Assembly: GCA_965261975.1 (NCBI GenBank)
Contig: CBDHEC010000017.1
Location: forward strand, 17,664 to 81,663
Length of the DNA: 64,000 nucleotides
Source of the DNA: Alphaproteobacteria bacterium
GTDB lineage: Bacteria; Pseudomonadota; Alphaproteobacteria; UBA6615
Direction of reading: 5' to 3'
Positions 48,655 through 61,270 of this stretch are shown one piece after another. The notes beneath the pieces were generated by a model, which was given only the letters and a program-made list of their open reading frames with translations, was not told where the DNA came from and searched no databases. Position 1 is the stretch's first letter, and every line of letters begins with the position of its first letter. The translations under genes were made by a program, and so were the position numbers.

Positions 48655-49923
48655 CTAGTTCGTCGCCCGAACATTATAGGTTGCGATACCCTTCAGCAGG
48701 TCGAGCGCTCGGGCAAGCTGGTAATCCTGTTGTGCAGACGTCTCCTTGGCAGCAGATGCACTGTCTTCGGCGTCCAGGCCTTCGTTATCACGAGCATTGC
48801 GCAGATCACTCTCACGCGGCCCCTGCTGCACATCCTCGGTCTCGATTGTCGCCTGTTCGACCTCGATGTCCGGTGTGATTCCGGTCTGCTGAATGGAGCG
48901 TCCGCTTGGTGTGAAATAGGCAGCCGTCGTCAGGCGCATGGCGCCATGGCCCGGAATGGGCATGATCGTCTGCACGGACCCCTTGCCGAAGCTCTCGGTT
49001 CCCATAATTACCGCGCGTTTATGATCCTGCAGCGCACCGGCGACGATCTCCGATGCCGAGGCCGAACCCCGATTGATCAGAACCACCATCGGCAGACCGT
49101 TTGCCAGATCTCCCTCCCGCGCGTTGAAGCGTTGCGAGTCGTCGTTCTCACGCCCCCGGGTCGAGACAATTTCGCCGCGATCGAGAAATGCATCGGACAC
49201 TTTCACGGCCTGATTGAGCAACCCGCCGGGATTGCGCCGCAAGTCGAGCACGACACCGATCAATTCGTCACCCAGCTCCTGCTTGATATCGGCCATGGCG
49301 GCCTCGAGGCCATCATTGGTCTGCTCATTGAACGTGGTGATACGGACATACCCAACCTTGCCCTCAACCCGGCTGCGCACCGACTTGATTCGAACGACGT
49401 CACGGGTGACCGCCACGTCAAATGGGTCCTGACCTTCACGGCGGATGGTGAGCTCGATATCGGACCCGACCCGGCCGCGCATCTTGTCGACCGCCTCCGC
49501 AAGGGTGAGCCCAAGCACGGTCTCGCCGTCCAGATGGGTAATAAAATCACCCGCCTCGATGCCCGCACGCGCCGCGGGGGTTTCATCGATGGGCGAAACC
49601 ACCCGTACAAAGCCCTGTTCCATGGTCACTTCGATGCCCAGGCCGCCAAACTCGCCGCGGGTTTGCACCTGCATGTCGCGGAAATTGTCCTCATTCAGAT
49701 AGCTCGAATGAGGGTCGAGAGATTGCAGCATGCCGTTGATCGCAGCCTCAATGAGGTCTTTATCCGCGGTTTCATCGACATACTGGGAACGCACCCGTTC
49801 GAAGATATCGCCGAACAGTTCGAGTTGTCGGAATGTTTCCTCATCGGAATCTGCGGCAATCGCAGCGGCGGGAACGGCAGTGAGCATCGCCGAGAATGCG
49901 AACGCGGTGATCAGTTTGCGCAT
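48655..49923 (-). CDS. ctpA: S41 carboxy-terminal processing protease
   Basis: LDPHS, GLGIEV (PDZ), DLRRNPGG, SASASEIVAGALQD and SFGKGSVQ motifs. Confidence 0.95.
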   Translation of the reverse strand: MRKLITAFAFSAMLTAVPAAAIAADSDEETFRQLELFGDIFERVRSQYVDETADKDLIEAAINGMLQSLDPHSSYLNEDNFRDMQVQTRGEFGGLGIEVTMEQGFVRVVSPIDETPAARAGIEAGDFITHLDGETVLGLTLAEAVDKMRGRVGSDIELTIRREGQDPFDVAVTRDVVRIKSVRSRVEGKVGYVRITTFNEQTNDGLEAAMADIKQELGDELIGVVLDLRRNPGGLLNQAVKVSDAFLDRGEIVSTRGRENDDSQRFNAREGDLANGLPMVVLINRGSASASEIVAGALQDHKRAVIMGTESFGKGSVQTIMPIPGHGAMRLTTAAYFTPSGRSIQQTGITPDIEVEQATIETEDVQQGPRESDLRNARDNEGLDAEDSASAAKETSAQQDYQLARALDLLKGIATYNVRATN

Positions 49924-51200
49924 TAGCCTTGTGTCCTGTTCGTTTGCGCTGCCAACCAGGGCAACGGATTAATCGGTTTTCCGTCAAGGCGGAGCTCCAC
50001 ATAGAGCTTCGATCCGCCCGATCGGTCTTCGGCCCTCACGGCCTGCCCCCCGCTTTTCGTGCCTTCGCCGGAATCCTGAGCCTGCCCGGCATCATCGGTC
50101 GTGCGCCCCAGCGGTTCTCCCGCGAGGACCCATTGGCCAACCTCCGCCTCGATACGCCCCAGTCCGGCGATAAGTGTATGATATCCCTCGCCATGATCGA
50201 TGATCAAGATTTGCCCGAAGCGCCGAAACGGCCCGGCAAACGCGATGCGTCCATCCCAGGGTGCCACCACTGACGCGTCGGCACGGGTTTGCCACGTAAC
50301 GCCCCGTGCCCGCGGCCCCGCCGTTGTGTCATCGCCAAAGCCCTGAATCACCCTGCCAAAGGCGGGTGGCGTCAGGTTCCCGCGCGCCGATGCGATGGAC
50401 GGGCCCGCCGGCGCCAACTTCGGGGTGACGAAATCCGCCGGCGGGGCACCCGGCCGAGGCCGCGGTTGCGGCGTCGCAGCCGTCGTACTGTCACGCAGAC
50501 GTGACAGCAATTCCTCCAGCGTTTGCGCCTCGCGGCGAAGATCAGAGACACGCGCCTCGGCTGCTGATTGTGCGCCACGCGTCTGTTGTAGGATGTCGTT
50601 CTTCGTCTTCGAGAGTGTTTCCAGCCGGCCCCGGTCGCGGTTCAGATCGACCGCCGCCTGCTGCAAGGCACCGCGACGAAGCTCGATCCGGTTCCGCAGA
50701 TCTGCGAGTTCCGCGATATCGTCGCGTAGTATTCGGGCCTGGCGTTCGATTTCCGGCACCGCCGTGCGCAACAGCAGGCCGCTGCGAACAATGTCGTTCG
50801 GATCGCCTGGGCTGACGAGCAAAGCCGCCGGAGGTCGCAAGGACAGGCGCTGCAGCGCGCCCAGGGTGCCGCCGAGTTGTGCACGGCGTTCTTCGAGTTC
50901 GATCTCCTTGCGCGCGGCGTCACCACGAAGTACGGCAAGTTCGGTTTCGATGTTGTTGAGGGCGGCTTCGTGAGATTGCACCGCGCGTGCCGCTGCACGC
51001 AATTCTGCCCGAATGGACTGCAATTCGCGTGCTCGTTTCGCGGCCTCCTGGGCCAATGATTCGGCAGATTTCTGATCTGTCGCGATCGCATCGCGGACCG
51101 ACTTGAGACGGTTCTGCACCTCGTCGGGCTCGCCCGACTGCGCGATCACACCGGGAGCTGCGATACTCGTTAGAAGAATGGGGACAAACGCGATCGCCAC
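49923..51200 (-). CDS. envC: Murein hydrolase activator EnvC (M23/LytM; start approximate)
   Basis: Signal peptide, long coiled coil, then a degenerate LytM domain (VVAPWDG, IIDHGEGY, LYVELR, INPLPW). Confidence 0.88.
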   Translation of the reverse strand: MAIAFVPILLTSIAAPGVIAQSGEPDEVQNRLKSVRDAIATDQKSAESLAQEAAKRARELQSIRAELRAAARAVQSHEAALNNIETELAVLRGDAARKEIELEERRAQLGGTLGALQRLSLRPPAALLVSPGDPNDIVRSGLLLRTAVPEIERQARILRDDIAELADLRNRIELRRGALQQAAVDLNRDRGRLETLSKTKNDILQQTRGAQSAAEARVSDLRREAQTLEELLSRLRDSTTAATPQPRPRPGAPPADFVTPKLAPAGPSIASARGNLTPPAFGRVIQGFGDDTTAGPRARGVTWQTRADASVVAPWDGRIAFAGPFRRFGQILIIDHGEGYHTLIAGLGRIEAEVGQWVLAGEPLGRTTDDAGQAQDSGEGTKSGGQAVRAEDRSGGSKLYVELRLDGKPINPLPWLAAQTNRTQG

Positions 51201-51237
51201 CGCACCCCGCAGGCGGCGGGCGGTCCCGAATATCCGG

Positions 51238-51885
51238 CTACTCGCCGAGATAGTAGCTCTTCTGCTTGACGCCATCGACGAACTCGAACACCAGCGGCCG
51301 GCCAGTCGGCAATTCCACCCCCGGGATTTCGTCCGCCGTGTACTCGCCCAGAATGAGCAAGAGTGCGCGCAGGCTGTTGCCATGAGCGGATACCAGCAGG
51401 TTCTTGCCCGTACGGACCATCGGGCCGATTTCAGACTCATAGTAAGGCCGCACCCGCTCGACCACATCGGCAAGGCTCTCACCATTGGGCGGGCGAACTT
51501 CAAACCCACGCCGCCAGAGATGGACCTGCTCGTCACCGTACTTCTCGGCCGTCTCCGCCTTGTTCAACCCGACCAGATCGCCATAGTGACGCTCGCGCAA
51601 CGCATCATCCCGGATAATGTTCCAGCCGTCTCCGTCACGCAGCCCCGCCAGATCGGCACCGGCTTCGGCGGCGGAATCCAGCGCCATCTCGACCGTCCGG
51701 CGCGCGCGCTTCAGGGTCGATGAATAGACCGCATCAATCGGGAAATCCTTCAGCAACACGCCTGCATTGCGCGCCTCATCTTCGCCAGCCGGGGTCAGAT
51801 CAACATCTTCCCATCCGGTAAATCGGTTCTCCAGATTCCACTGGCTCTGGCCGTGGCGCATGATGATCAGATAATTCATCCGCAT
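51238..51885 (-). CDS. gpmA: 2,3-bisphosphoglycerate-dependent phosphoglycerate mutase
   Basis: RHGQSQWNLENRFTGW, ERHYGDL.GLNK, PPNGESL, AHGNSLRA and LPTG motifs. Confidence 0.93.
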   Translation of the reverse strand: MRMNYLIIMRHGQSQWNLENRFTGWEDVDLTPAGEDEARNAGVLLKDFPIDAVYSSTLKRARRTVEMALDSAAEAGADLAGLRDGDGWNIIRDDALRERHYGDLVGLNKAETAEKYGDEQVHLWRRGFEVRPPNGESLADVVERVRPYYESEIGPMVRTGKNLLVSAHGNSLRALLLILGEYTADEIPGVELPTGRPLVFEFVDGVKQKSYYLGE

Positions 51886-51975
51886 TTCCTTGTGCCTTTG
51901 CGGTTTAACGGTTCGCGTGCCCGTGGTTTTGCCCGATTCGAGCCCGGTCCGCCAGCGTCAAGCACGGCGGTCAAT

Positions 51976-52443
51976 TCAGGCCCGATGATACGGGTGCCGG
52001 GCAATGATCTGTTGCGCGCGGTATATCTGTTCGACGAGAAGGGTCCGCATCAGCATATGGGGCCATGTGTTGCGGCCGAAGGCGATCATCCGGTCGGCAC
52101 GCTTACGCACAGCGTCCCCATGTCCGTCGGCCCCGCCGATCAGAAACACGAGGTCCCGGCAGCCCGAATCCTGCAGATCCGCCATGTCCTGCGCAATCCC
52201 CGCACTGGTCGAGATTTTCCCCGTTTCATCGAGAACCACCACATGCGCGCCATCCGGGATGGCCGCCAGCAGCAACGCGCCCTCGGCTTCCGAGACACGG
52301 TCCGGTGCGACTTTCTTCTTCACTTCGAACTCACGCAGCGCCAGGGGCCACGCCGTGATTCGTTTCTGGAAATGTTCGAGGAGCGCGGCCTCGGGTCCAG
52401 CTCGCAGCCGACCGACCGCACCGATGGTGATCTGCAATGCCAA
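51976..52443 (-). CDS. rlmH: 23S rRNA pseudouridine-1915 N3-methyltransferase
   Basis: LDETG, FLIGGADG, TWPH and EQIYRA...HPYHR motifs. Confidence 0.95.
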   Translation of the reverse strand: MALQITIGAVGRLRAGPEAALLEHFQKRITAWPLALREFEVKKKVAPDRVSEAEGALLLAAIPDGAHVVVLDETGKISTSAGIAQDMADLQDSGCRDLVFLIGGADGHGDAVRKRADRMIAFGRNTWPHMLMRTLLVEQIYRAQQIIARHPYHRA

Positions 52444-52452
52444 GCTCCGCTA

Positions 52453-52842
52453 TCAGGCCGGCACAGATTCCTGCGACGCCCGATCCATGAATTCAGCTTC
52501 CCACAGCTTCTCAATCGCATAATGCTCGCGGGATTCGGGTCGGAAAAGATGGACGATGACGTCGCCCGCATCTACCAGCACCCATTCTCCCGACCGACGC
52601 CCCTCGGCGTGCGTGTCTTTCACACCCGCCGCTTTGAGGCGCGCTATGAGATGCTCCGTGATCGAATCCAACCGGCGTGAAGACGTACCGCTGGCAACAA
52701 CCATGAAGTCGGCGATGTCCGATTTACCGGCAAGGGGTACGACCTTGACGTCGTCGGCCTTGTCTTCATCGAGGGATTCCTCGACGAGGGCGAGAACTTC
52801 CTCCGCTGTGGGCCGCGGAGCCGCCTTTTTCTTGCGTGCTAT
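52453..52842 (-). CDS. rsfS: Ribosome silencing factor, probably starting at a non-canonical ATA codon
   Basis: SLDEDKADDV, IADFMVVASG, WVLVDAGDVIVHLF and Y.IEKLW motifs. The frame extends 46 codons upstream of ATG 52704 to an ATA with SD GAGGGA. Confidence 0.9.
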   Translation of the reverse strand: MARKKKAAPRPTAEEVLALVEESLDEDKADDVKVVPLAGKSDIADFMVVASGTSSRRLDSITEHLIARLKAAGVKDTHAEGRRSGEWVLVDAGDVIVHLFRPESREHYAIEKLWEAEFMDRASQESVPA

Positions 52843-52900
52843 AACGATTCCCTCGTTCTCAAACTACGCTTCCGGATGCAACCGGGTCTCCCCGCTGCGT

Positions 52901-53551
52901 TCACTCGTCTTTATCAACGACGTCAGCCGAAGGCCAAACGCCGCTTCTGCGTATCTCCGTCGCCGTCGCCGGGTGCGGCTTTATACGCAAGAACACCCAG
53001 GCAGGTGGCGCGGTACCTGGCAGCAACCGCGCTGCACGTTCCGGCAATCGCGCGCGACGAAACCGAACTGCCGCGAGCCCCGACAACGCCTTCGAATCAT
53101 ATGAATCACGCGCGAAGACGGCAATGGGAACCTTGCTAAATATTTGTTCCCAGGCGCGCCACCGCGGTATCTGGACCAGATTATCGGCGCCCATCAGCCA
53201 GACGAATTGCGCCGCCGGATACCGGTTTTGCAGGGCATCGAGGGTGTCGGCTGTGTAGCGCGTGCCGAGCTCCGCCTCGATCGCGGACACCCGGATTCGC
53301 CGGTCCCGGGCAACCACGTTGGCAGATTTCAGCCGCGACTCGAAGGCGGCCATCCCGTCTTCGGACTTGAGCGGATTCTGTGGCGAGACCAGCCACCAGA
53401 CCTCGTCGAGGCCCAGCTTGGTTAGCGCCAGCTGGCTGATATGACGATGTCCGTCATGCGCAGGATTGAACGACCCGCCCAACAGTCCGATTCGCCTTCC
53501 ACGATGGCGAAAGCCGCCGGACCCGAGCACCTGATTCCCCGAAGTCGTCAT
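52901..53551 (-). CDS. nadD: Nicotinate-nucleotide adenylyltransferase
   Basis: GGSFNPAHDGH, SPQNPLK and WLMGADN motifs. Confidence 0.95.
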   Translation of the reverse strand: MTTSGNQVLGSGGFRHRGRRIGLLGGSFNPAHDGHRHISQLALTKLGLDEVWWLVSPQNPLKSEDGMAAFESRLKSANVVARDRRIRVSAIEAELGTRYTADTLDALQNRYPAAQFVWLMGADNLVQIPRWRAWEQIFSKVPIAVFARDSYDSKALSGLAAVRFRRARLPERAARLLPGTAPPAWVFLRIKPHPATATEIRRSGVWPSADVVDKDE

Positions 53552-53556
53552 CCGGG

Positions 53557-54846
53557 TCAGGGTCGGGTTTGCCCGGCGCCGCGCACCACATACTTGTAGC
53601 TGGTCAACTGCTCGGCACCCACCGGGCCCCGCGCATGCATCTTGCCCGTCGATATCCCGATTTCGGCACCCATGCCGAACTCGCCACCGTCGGCGAACTG
53701 CGTCGACGCGTTGTGCAGCACGATGCCGCTATCGATGCGCGCCAGGAAACGCTCGGCCACATCATCATCCGATGTCACGATTGCATCGGTGTGATTCGAG
53801 CCATGGCTGTTCACATGATCGATGGCAGCCTCGACGTCATCGACCACCCGGACCGAGACAATCGCGTCGAGATATTCCGTGTTCCAATCATCATCGTCGG
53901 CCGGGACGATGCGATCATCGATGGCTTGCGCTGCATCATCGCCGCGCACTTCACACCCCGCACCCGCAAGGTCATCGATGATGGGCCCCAGCATGTCCGT
54001 CGCGATCGACCGGTCTATCAACACGGTCTCGGTCGCACCGCAGATGCCGGTCCGGCGCATTTTGGCGTTCAGCACGATATCGCGCGCCATCTGTGGGTCC
54101 GCTGCGTCATGCACATAGGTATGGCAGAGACCTTCGAGGTGCGCGAACACCGGGATACGGCTCTCTGTCTGTACCCGCTCGATCAGTGATTTGCCGCCGC
54201 GCGGCACGATCACATCAATATGGTCGACCATGGTCAGCATCGCGCCGACGGCCGCGCGATCGGTCGTCGGCGGCGCCTGAATCGCCGCTTCCGGCAACCC
54301 CGCCGCACGAAGACCGTCCTGAAGGCATGACAGAATGACGTTCGAGGATTCAAAACTCTCAGAGCCGCCGCGCAGCACCGCCGCGTTCCCGGCCTTGAGG
54401 CAAAGCCCGCCCGCATCCGCGGTCACATTCGGGCGCGATTCATAGATCACGCCAATCACGCCCAGCGGCACGCGCACCCGCGCGATCCGCAGTCCGTTCG
54501 GCCGGTCCCACTCCGCCAGCACGGTACCGATCGGGTCATCCAGCGCGGCAACTTCCTCAAGGCCGTTGGCCATCCCCTCGACCCGCTCATCGTTCAGGAC
54601 CAACCGATCGAGAAAGGACCCCTTCACACCATTGCTTTCCGCGCGCGCGACATCATTGGCGTTCGCCGCCAGGATCTCATCCTTCCGGGTACGGATGGCG
54701 GCCGCGGCAGCGTGCAACGCTGCATTCTTCGATTCCGATGTGGCGACCGCCAGTTCGAGCGCAGCCGTCTTCGCCGCCGCGCCGATAGCTTGCATCGTCG
54801 TCGCGATGTCGGCGGTATCCGCCGAGATGTCATGTGCAGCCGTCAT
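53557..54846 (-). CDS. proA: Gamma-glutamyl phosphate reductase
   Basis: [29 protein letters not shown] and HARGP motifs. Confidence 0.96.
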   Translation of the reverse strand: MTAAHDISADTADIATTMQAIGAAAKTAALELAVATSESKNAALHAAAAAIRTRKDEILAANANDVARAESNGVKGSFLDRLVLNDERVEGMANGLEEVAALDDPIGTVLAEWDRPNGLRIARVRVPLGVIGVIYESRPNVTADAGGLCLKAGNAAVLRGGSESFESSNVILSCLQDGLRAAGLPEAAIQAPPTTDRAAVGAMLTMVDHIDVIVPRGGKSLIERVQTESRIPVFAHLEGLCHTYVHDAADPQMARDIVLNAKMRRTGICGATETVLIDRSIATDMLGPIIDDLAGAGCEVRGDDAAQAIDDRIVPADDDDWNTEYLDAIVSVRVVDDVEAAIDHVNSHGSNHTDAIVTSDDDVAERFLARIDSGIVLHNASTQFADGGEFGMGAEIGISTGKMHARGPVGAEQLTSYKYVVRGAGQTRP

Positions 54847-54907
54847 GTCTCTTCTCCGACCGTTTCTGCGGCCTGGCGGGCGACGATAGTCAATTTGCCC
54901 ACAAAAT

Positions 54908-55816
54908 TCATCCCGTTTGCTCCGTCAATCGGCTGTCCCCGGCCCGCACGCCCAAATAGATAGCCGCGAGTATCAACACCCCGCCGATCGCGGTTTCTTC
55001 GGCAAACCCTTCGCCGAAGTAGAACCAGCCCAGCGCGGTGCTCAAAAGCGGCTCGGTGAGAAACAGCAGGGCCAGCACCATCGGTGAGATCGCGCGCACC
55101 GCCCAGTTGAAACCCGTATGCCCGATGATCTGGCTGACCAGGCCCAACCCGATGAAAGCCAGATAGGTTTCCACAGACAGCCCGGCAAGCGGCAGGCCCA
55201 GCGCGAGCACCGCCGACCAAAGCAAGATCGCCGCGCCGCTATAGACCAATGTGACGAATGCGACGATACCAACCGTCCGGCGTGCGGCCTCGGCCAGCAG
55301 CAGGAAGCCGACGAAAAGCAAACCGCCCAGAAGCGCGAGACCGTCACCGAGCAGCGTTTCCATTCCGAGCCGCGCGCTGCCCCACCCCATGACGACGCTG
55401 CCCACCAATGCGAGGCCGACTGCCAGCCATGTGCGCAGGCCCGGGGGCTGACGCAGCGCCACCACCGCCCAGATGGCCAGCCAGACCGGCGTCAGGGTGA
55501 CCAGCACGACGGAATTGGCGATCGAGGTGAAGTCGAGGGAAGCAATCCAGGTTGCGAAATGAAGGGCCAGAAACACCGCCCCACCGGCGATCAACTTCCA
55601 TTCCCGCTTGCTGAGCCGGCAAATCTCCTGTCGCGCCGTCACGACTGCGAGCGGCAACAACACAGCCGATGCGATCAGCATCCGGTAGGCGGCCGTCACC
55701 AGCGGATCCGCATCCGCCATCCGCACGAAGATCGCGGCATGGGCAACCGCGATCAGCGCGGCCACCAGGACGACGGTATAGGTGATAGGGCTTTCGGCAC
55801 GTGCGGCAGCCATCAC
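54908..55816 (-). CDS. DMT/EamA family transporter
   Basis: About ten TMs; [14 protein letters not shown] and [11 protein letters not shown] motifs. Confidence 0.88.
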   Translation of the reverse strand: MMAAARAESPITYTVVLVAALIAVAHAAIFVRMADADPLVTAAYRMLIASAVLLPLAVVTARQEICRLSKREWKLIAGGAVFLALHFATWIASLDFTSIANSVVLVTLTPVWLAIWAVVALRQPPGLRTWLAVGLALVGSVVMGWGSARLGMETLLGDGLALLGGLLFVGFLLLAEAARRTVGIVAFVTLVYSGAAILLWSAVLALGLPLAGLSVETYLAFIGLGLVSQIIGHTGFNWAVRAISPMVLALLFLTEPLLSTALGWFYFGEGFAEETAIGGVLILAAIYLGVRAGDSRLTEQTG

Positions 55817-55823
55817 GAAATGC

Positions 55824-58109
<2,286 letters not shown>

Positions 58110-58367
58110 TTAGGCCGGCGGAACCACAGATACGAAGTTACGGCCGCCACGCTTGCGGGTGAACTGCACCTTGCCTTCGCTCATGGCGAAGATCGTGTGG
58201 TCCTTGCCAATGCCGACATTCTCGCCGGGATGGAACTTGGTACCGCGCTGGCGAATGATGATGTTGCCCGGGATAACGGTTTCGCCGCCATACTTCTTGA
58301 CGCCGAGCCGACGGCCCGCTGAATCGCGGCCGTTGCGTGAGCTACCACCTGCTTTTTTATGCGCCAT
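58110..58367 (-). CDS. rpmA: 50S ribosomal protein L27
   Basis: [17 protein letters not shown]-terminus. Confidence 0.98.
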   Translation of the reverse strand: MAHKKAGGSSRNGRDSAGRRLGVKKYGGETVIPGNIIIRQRGTKFHPGENVGIGKDHTIFAMSEGKVQFTRKRGGRNFVSVVPPA

Positions 58368-58373
58368 GTCTGA

Positions 58374-58928
58374 TTACTCCTTGTCCGCAGCCGGCTTCTT
58401 GGCTGCAGGTTTCTTCGCGGCAGGCTTCTTGGCCGCAGGTTTCTTGGCCGCGGCCTTCTTGGCGGCGGGCTTTTTCGCCGCCGGCTTCTTGGCTGCAGGC
58501 TTCTTCGCGGCCGGCTTGGCCTCTGCGGCAGGTGCCGCCTCGGCCGGCGCGTCATCGGTCTTCGGATCCGCAGCCTTCGGTGCCGCCTTCGCGGCCTTCT
58601 TCGCCGGCGCCTTCGCCTTGCCCGTCACGTCGACGATGCGCAGAACCGTCTGGTCCTGGCGATGGCCATGCGTGCGCTGATAGCCCTGGCGGCGCTTCTT
58701 CTTGAAGACCACGATCTTCTTGCCCCGGGTCTGCTCAACCAGCTCGGCGGTGACGGCCGCACCCTCGACGATCGGCGTGCCGACCTGGGTTTCCTTGCCA
58801 TCGTCGAGCATCAGCACCGGCTCTATCGCCAGGGTGCTGCCCGCTTCGCCTTCGAGCTTCTCGACGGTGATCACATCGCCATTGGCGACGCGATACTGCT
58901 TCCCGCCGGTTTGAATGACTGCGTACAT
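58374..58928 (-). CDS. rplU: 50S ribosomal protein L21 with Lys/Ala/Pro-rich C-terminal tail
   Basis: [12 protein letters not shown] and GHRQ motifs followed by a PAAKK repeat tail. Confidence 0.97.
   Translation of the reverse strand: MYAVIQTGGKQYRVANGDVITVEKLEGEAGSTLAIEPVLMLDDGKETQVGTPIVEGAAVTAELVEQTRGKKIVVFKKKRRQGYQRTHGHRQDQTVLRIVDVTGKAKAPAKKAAKAAPKAADPKTDDAPAEAAPAAEAKPAAKKPAAKKPAAKKPAAKKAAAKKPAAKKPAAKKPAAKKPAADKE
58384..58519 (-). repeat. 15-bp tandem repeat encoding (K)PAAK
   Basis: About nine units such as ggcttcttggccgca on the + strand. Confidence 0.85.
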
Positions 58929-59051
58929 GTTCCGCATCCGTTATGTCGTGGCCATCGTGCCACGCCTCAGCGCGGTCTCACGAGTGCCGAATGTTCCAGC
59001 AAAAACAAGGCGGACCGCGAATAAATCCGTCGGCCCGGCCAATGCGGGCGG

Positions 59052-59079
59052 ACTATACGCCGCCAGCCACGCGTGTCAA
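59052..59079 (-). promoter_or_regulatory. Sigma70 promoter of rplU-rpmA
   Basis: Minus strand TTGACA-N16-TATAGT. Confidence 0.7.
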
Positions 59080-59219
59080 CCGCCCTGCGCGCAGGAAAAC
59101 ACCGAATAATCGCCCACCCACAGCGGGTTGCAGGTTTGTCGCCGGGTGCGGTAGAACCCCTGCGCCCGTGCATAATACGGGTCCGTTCAGGATATCGCAT
59201 GCGATACCCGAATATCGGC

Positions 59220-59309
59220 GGAGGGGTGCCGGAGTGGTTGAACGGGGCAGTCTCGAAAACTGTTGAGCGTGCAAGCGTTCCGAGAGTTCGAATCTCTCTC
59301 CCTCCGCCA
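59220..59309 (+). tRNA. tRNA-Ser (CGA)
   Basis: GGAGGGG/TCCCTCC acceptor stem, anticodon arm GCAGT-CTCGAAA-ACTGT, long variable arm, GTTCGAATC T-loop and encoded CCA. Confidence 0.96.
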
Positions 59310-59479
59310 TTTTTTCCCGCATTGCTCCATTCGAAATGGCGTGAACAGGCTCAAATCGGCCTGTACGCCCATATTGTCGCGCGCCAATCGCCATTTATAC
59401 TGAACCGGCACACCTAGCGGTCGGCCGGATGCGACCAGTCACATATCGGCGGCCCGTCATCACGAGGATCGGATAAACC

Positions 59480-60361
59480 ATGGCTCGTCCCGTTATCATC
59501 GCCTGCGCCGTCACCGGCTCGGCGGATTCAACCGCGATGAACCCTGCTGTCCCGGTCACCCCCGAAGAGATCGCCAACGAAGCCATCGCCGCCAACAAGG
59601 CCGGTGCGGCGATCGCACATATCCATGTGCGTAACCCCGAAACCGGCAAGGCGAGCACCAAGCTCGAATATTACGAGGAGGTCGTGAAACGAATTCGCGA
59701 TTCCGGCTCGCCGGTCATCATCAACCTCACGACCGGACCCGGCGGCCGCTTCATCCCGGACCCGGCGGATCCGATGACGGCGGGGCCGACAAGCGGGATG
59801 TTCACCGCCGAACGACGGGTGGAACATGTCGTAAAGCTCAAGCCCGACATTTGCTCTCTCGACGTTGCCTCGATGAACTTCGGCGAGTGGAACATGGTCA
59901 ACTCGCCCGCGATCCTGCGCGATATGGCACGGATGATTCAGGAGGCCGGGGTTAAACCCGAGCTCGAGGTGTTCGATACCGGCCATGTGCGCCTGGCAGC
60001 ACAGATGTGTGCCGACGGCGACATCGCCGACCCGATCCCGCTGTTCCAGTTCTGCCTGGGCATTTCCTGGGGCGCGCCCGCTTCAAGTGACGCGATGGCG
60101 TTGATGCGCGACCTGGCGCCCGAGAATGCCGTATGGGCGTCCTTCGGCATCTCGCGTCATGAAATGCCTATGGTCGAGACCGCGACCAAGCTGGGCGGCC
60201 ATTGCCGCGTGGGCCTGGAGGACAACCTTTATATATCGCGGGGCAAGCTCGCCTCCGGCAATGCCGAGCTGGTCGAACATGCCGTGGGGATTGTTCAATC
60301 GCTGGGCGAAGACATTGCCACGACGGATCAGGTGCGGGAGATTCTCGGCCTACAAAGCTGA
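59480..60361 (+). CDS. Beta-keto acid cleavage enzyme family (BKACE/DUF849, Kce-like)
   Basis: IIACAVTG, P.TPEEIA, AHIHVR, INLTTG, ELEVFD.GH and RVGLEDN motifs. Confidence 0.92.
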   Translation: MARPVIIACAVTGSADSTAMNPAVPVTPEEIANEAIAANKAGAAIAHIHVRNPETGKASTKLEYYEEVVKRIRDSGSPVIINLTTGPGGRFIPDPADPMTAGPTSGMFTAERRVEHVVKLKPDICSLDVASMNFGEWNMVNSPAILRDMARMIQEAGVKPELEVFDTGHVRLAAQMCADGDIADPIPLFQFCLGISWGAPASSDAMALMRDLAPENAVWASFGISRHEMPMVETATKLGGHCRVGLEDNLYISRGKLASGNAELVEHAVGIVQSLGEDIATTDQVREILGLQS

Positions 60362-60377
60362 CTAGTGGCGCCCCCGA

Positions 60378-61247
60378 TCAATCCGACCGGGAGAACGCAT
60401 CCGCATAATCGGAGATGAAGGCTTCGAGCGTACGCGCCGGGTGGCCCGCGATGTCGGCGGTTACGTTCGTCACATAGGAATAGGCGCCGTTGGCGGCGAA
60501 GCCGATCATTTTTACCTGATGCTCGATCAGCCATGACGGCAGGCCCCGTTTCGTGACGATATCCTCCCAGACCTCGACATCGACCATCTCGTAGCGAATG
60601 TCCCGGCCCAGGACCCGACTGAAGGTTGCCGCAACATCGTCGAGACTGACCGCAGCACCGGTCTGGTAGTAACCCTCGCCGTCATGTTGATTGTCCTCGG
60701 CAAGGACCGTTGCCGCGAGATCCGCGACATCGCGCGGATCGGTCATGCTCATGGTCACATCGCGCGGGATCGCGCTGGTGAACACGTCTGCGTCTTTCAA
60801 CCCGGCGGCCACATAGTAGAGATTGGTCATATAGAAGTTCGGCCGCAGGAAGGTTTAGCGCAGCCCGCACGCCGCGATCTTCGCCTCAAGGGCCTTATGG
60901 GCCTCCGGGATCGGCGCTGGCGAATCGATATTGCCCGACAGCTTGACGATGCGCCCGCAACCCGCGGCGACCGCCGCCTCGATCGCATTGGTCTGCTGCT
61001 CTTCAAGCACCGGGCTATGACCGGAATTCAGATATAATGTGTGGACCCCCTGGAGCGCCTGGTCGTAGGACGCACGGTCGTCCAGATCGGCCGCGACCAG
61101 CTCGGCGTCGGGCCCAACTATGGTCCGCGCTTTGTCCAGGTCGCGCACCAGATAGCGGACGTTGAGTCCGCGTTCCGCCAGCAACGGCGCCAGAAGTTGA
61201 CCCGTCACCCCGGTTACCCCGGTCACCGCGATCAAACGTTCAGTCAT
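60378..61247 (-). pseudogene. NmrA-like/atypical SDR oxidoreductase with an in-frame TAA at 60855-60857
   Basis: VTGVTGVTG and GLR*TFLRPNFYM...DPRDVA. The two ORFs are in the same frame, separated by one stop. Confidence 0.75.
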
Positions 61248-61270
61248 CGCCCCGCCCCTGTTCGATCTGC

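Noticed and set aside
60855-60857. Stop-codon recoding (Sec/Pyl or readthrough) in the NmrA-like gene
   Set aside because: The stop is TAA, at a position where Tyr (TAC/TAT) would fit, and no recoding signal is evident. A point mutation or base-call error is more likely.
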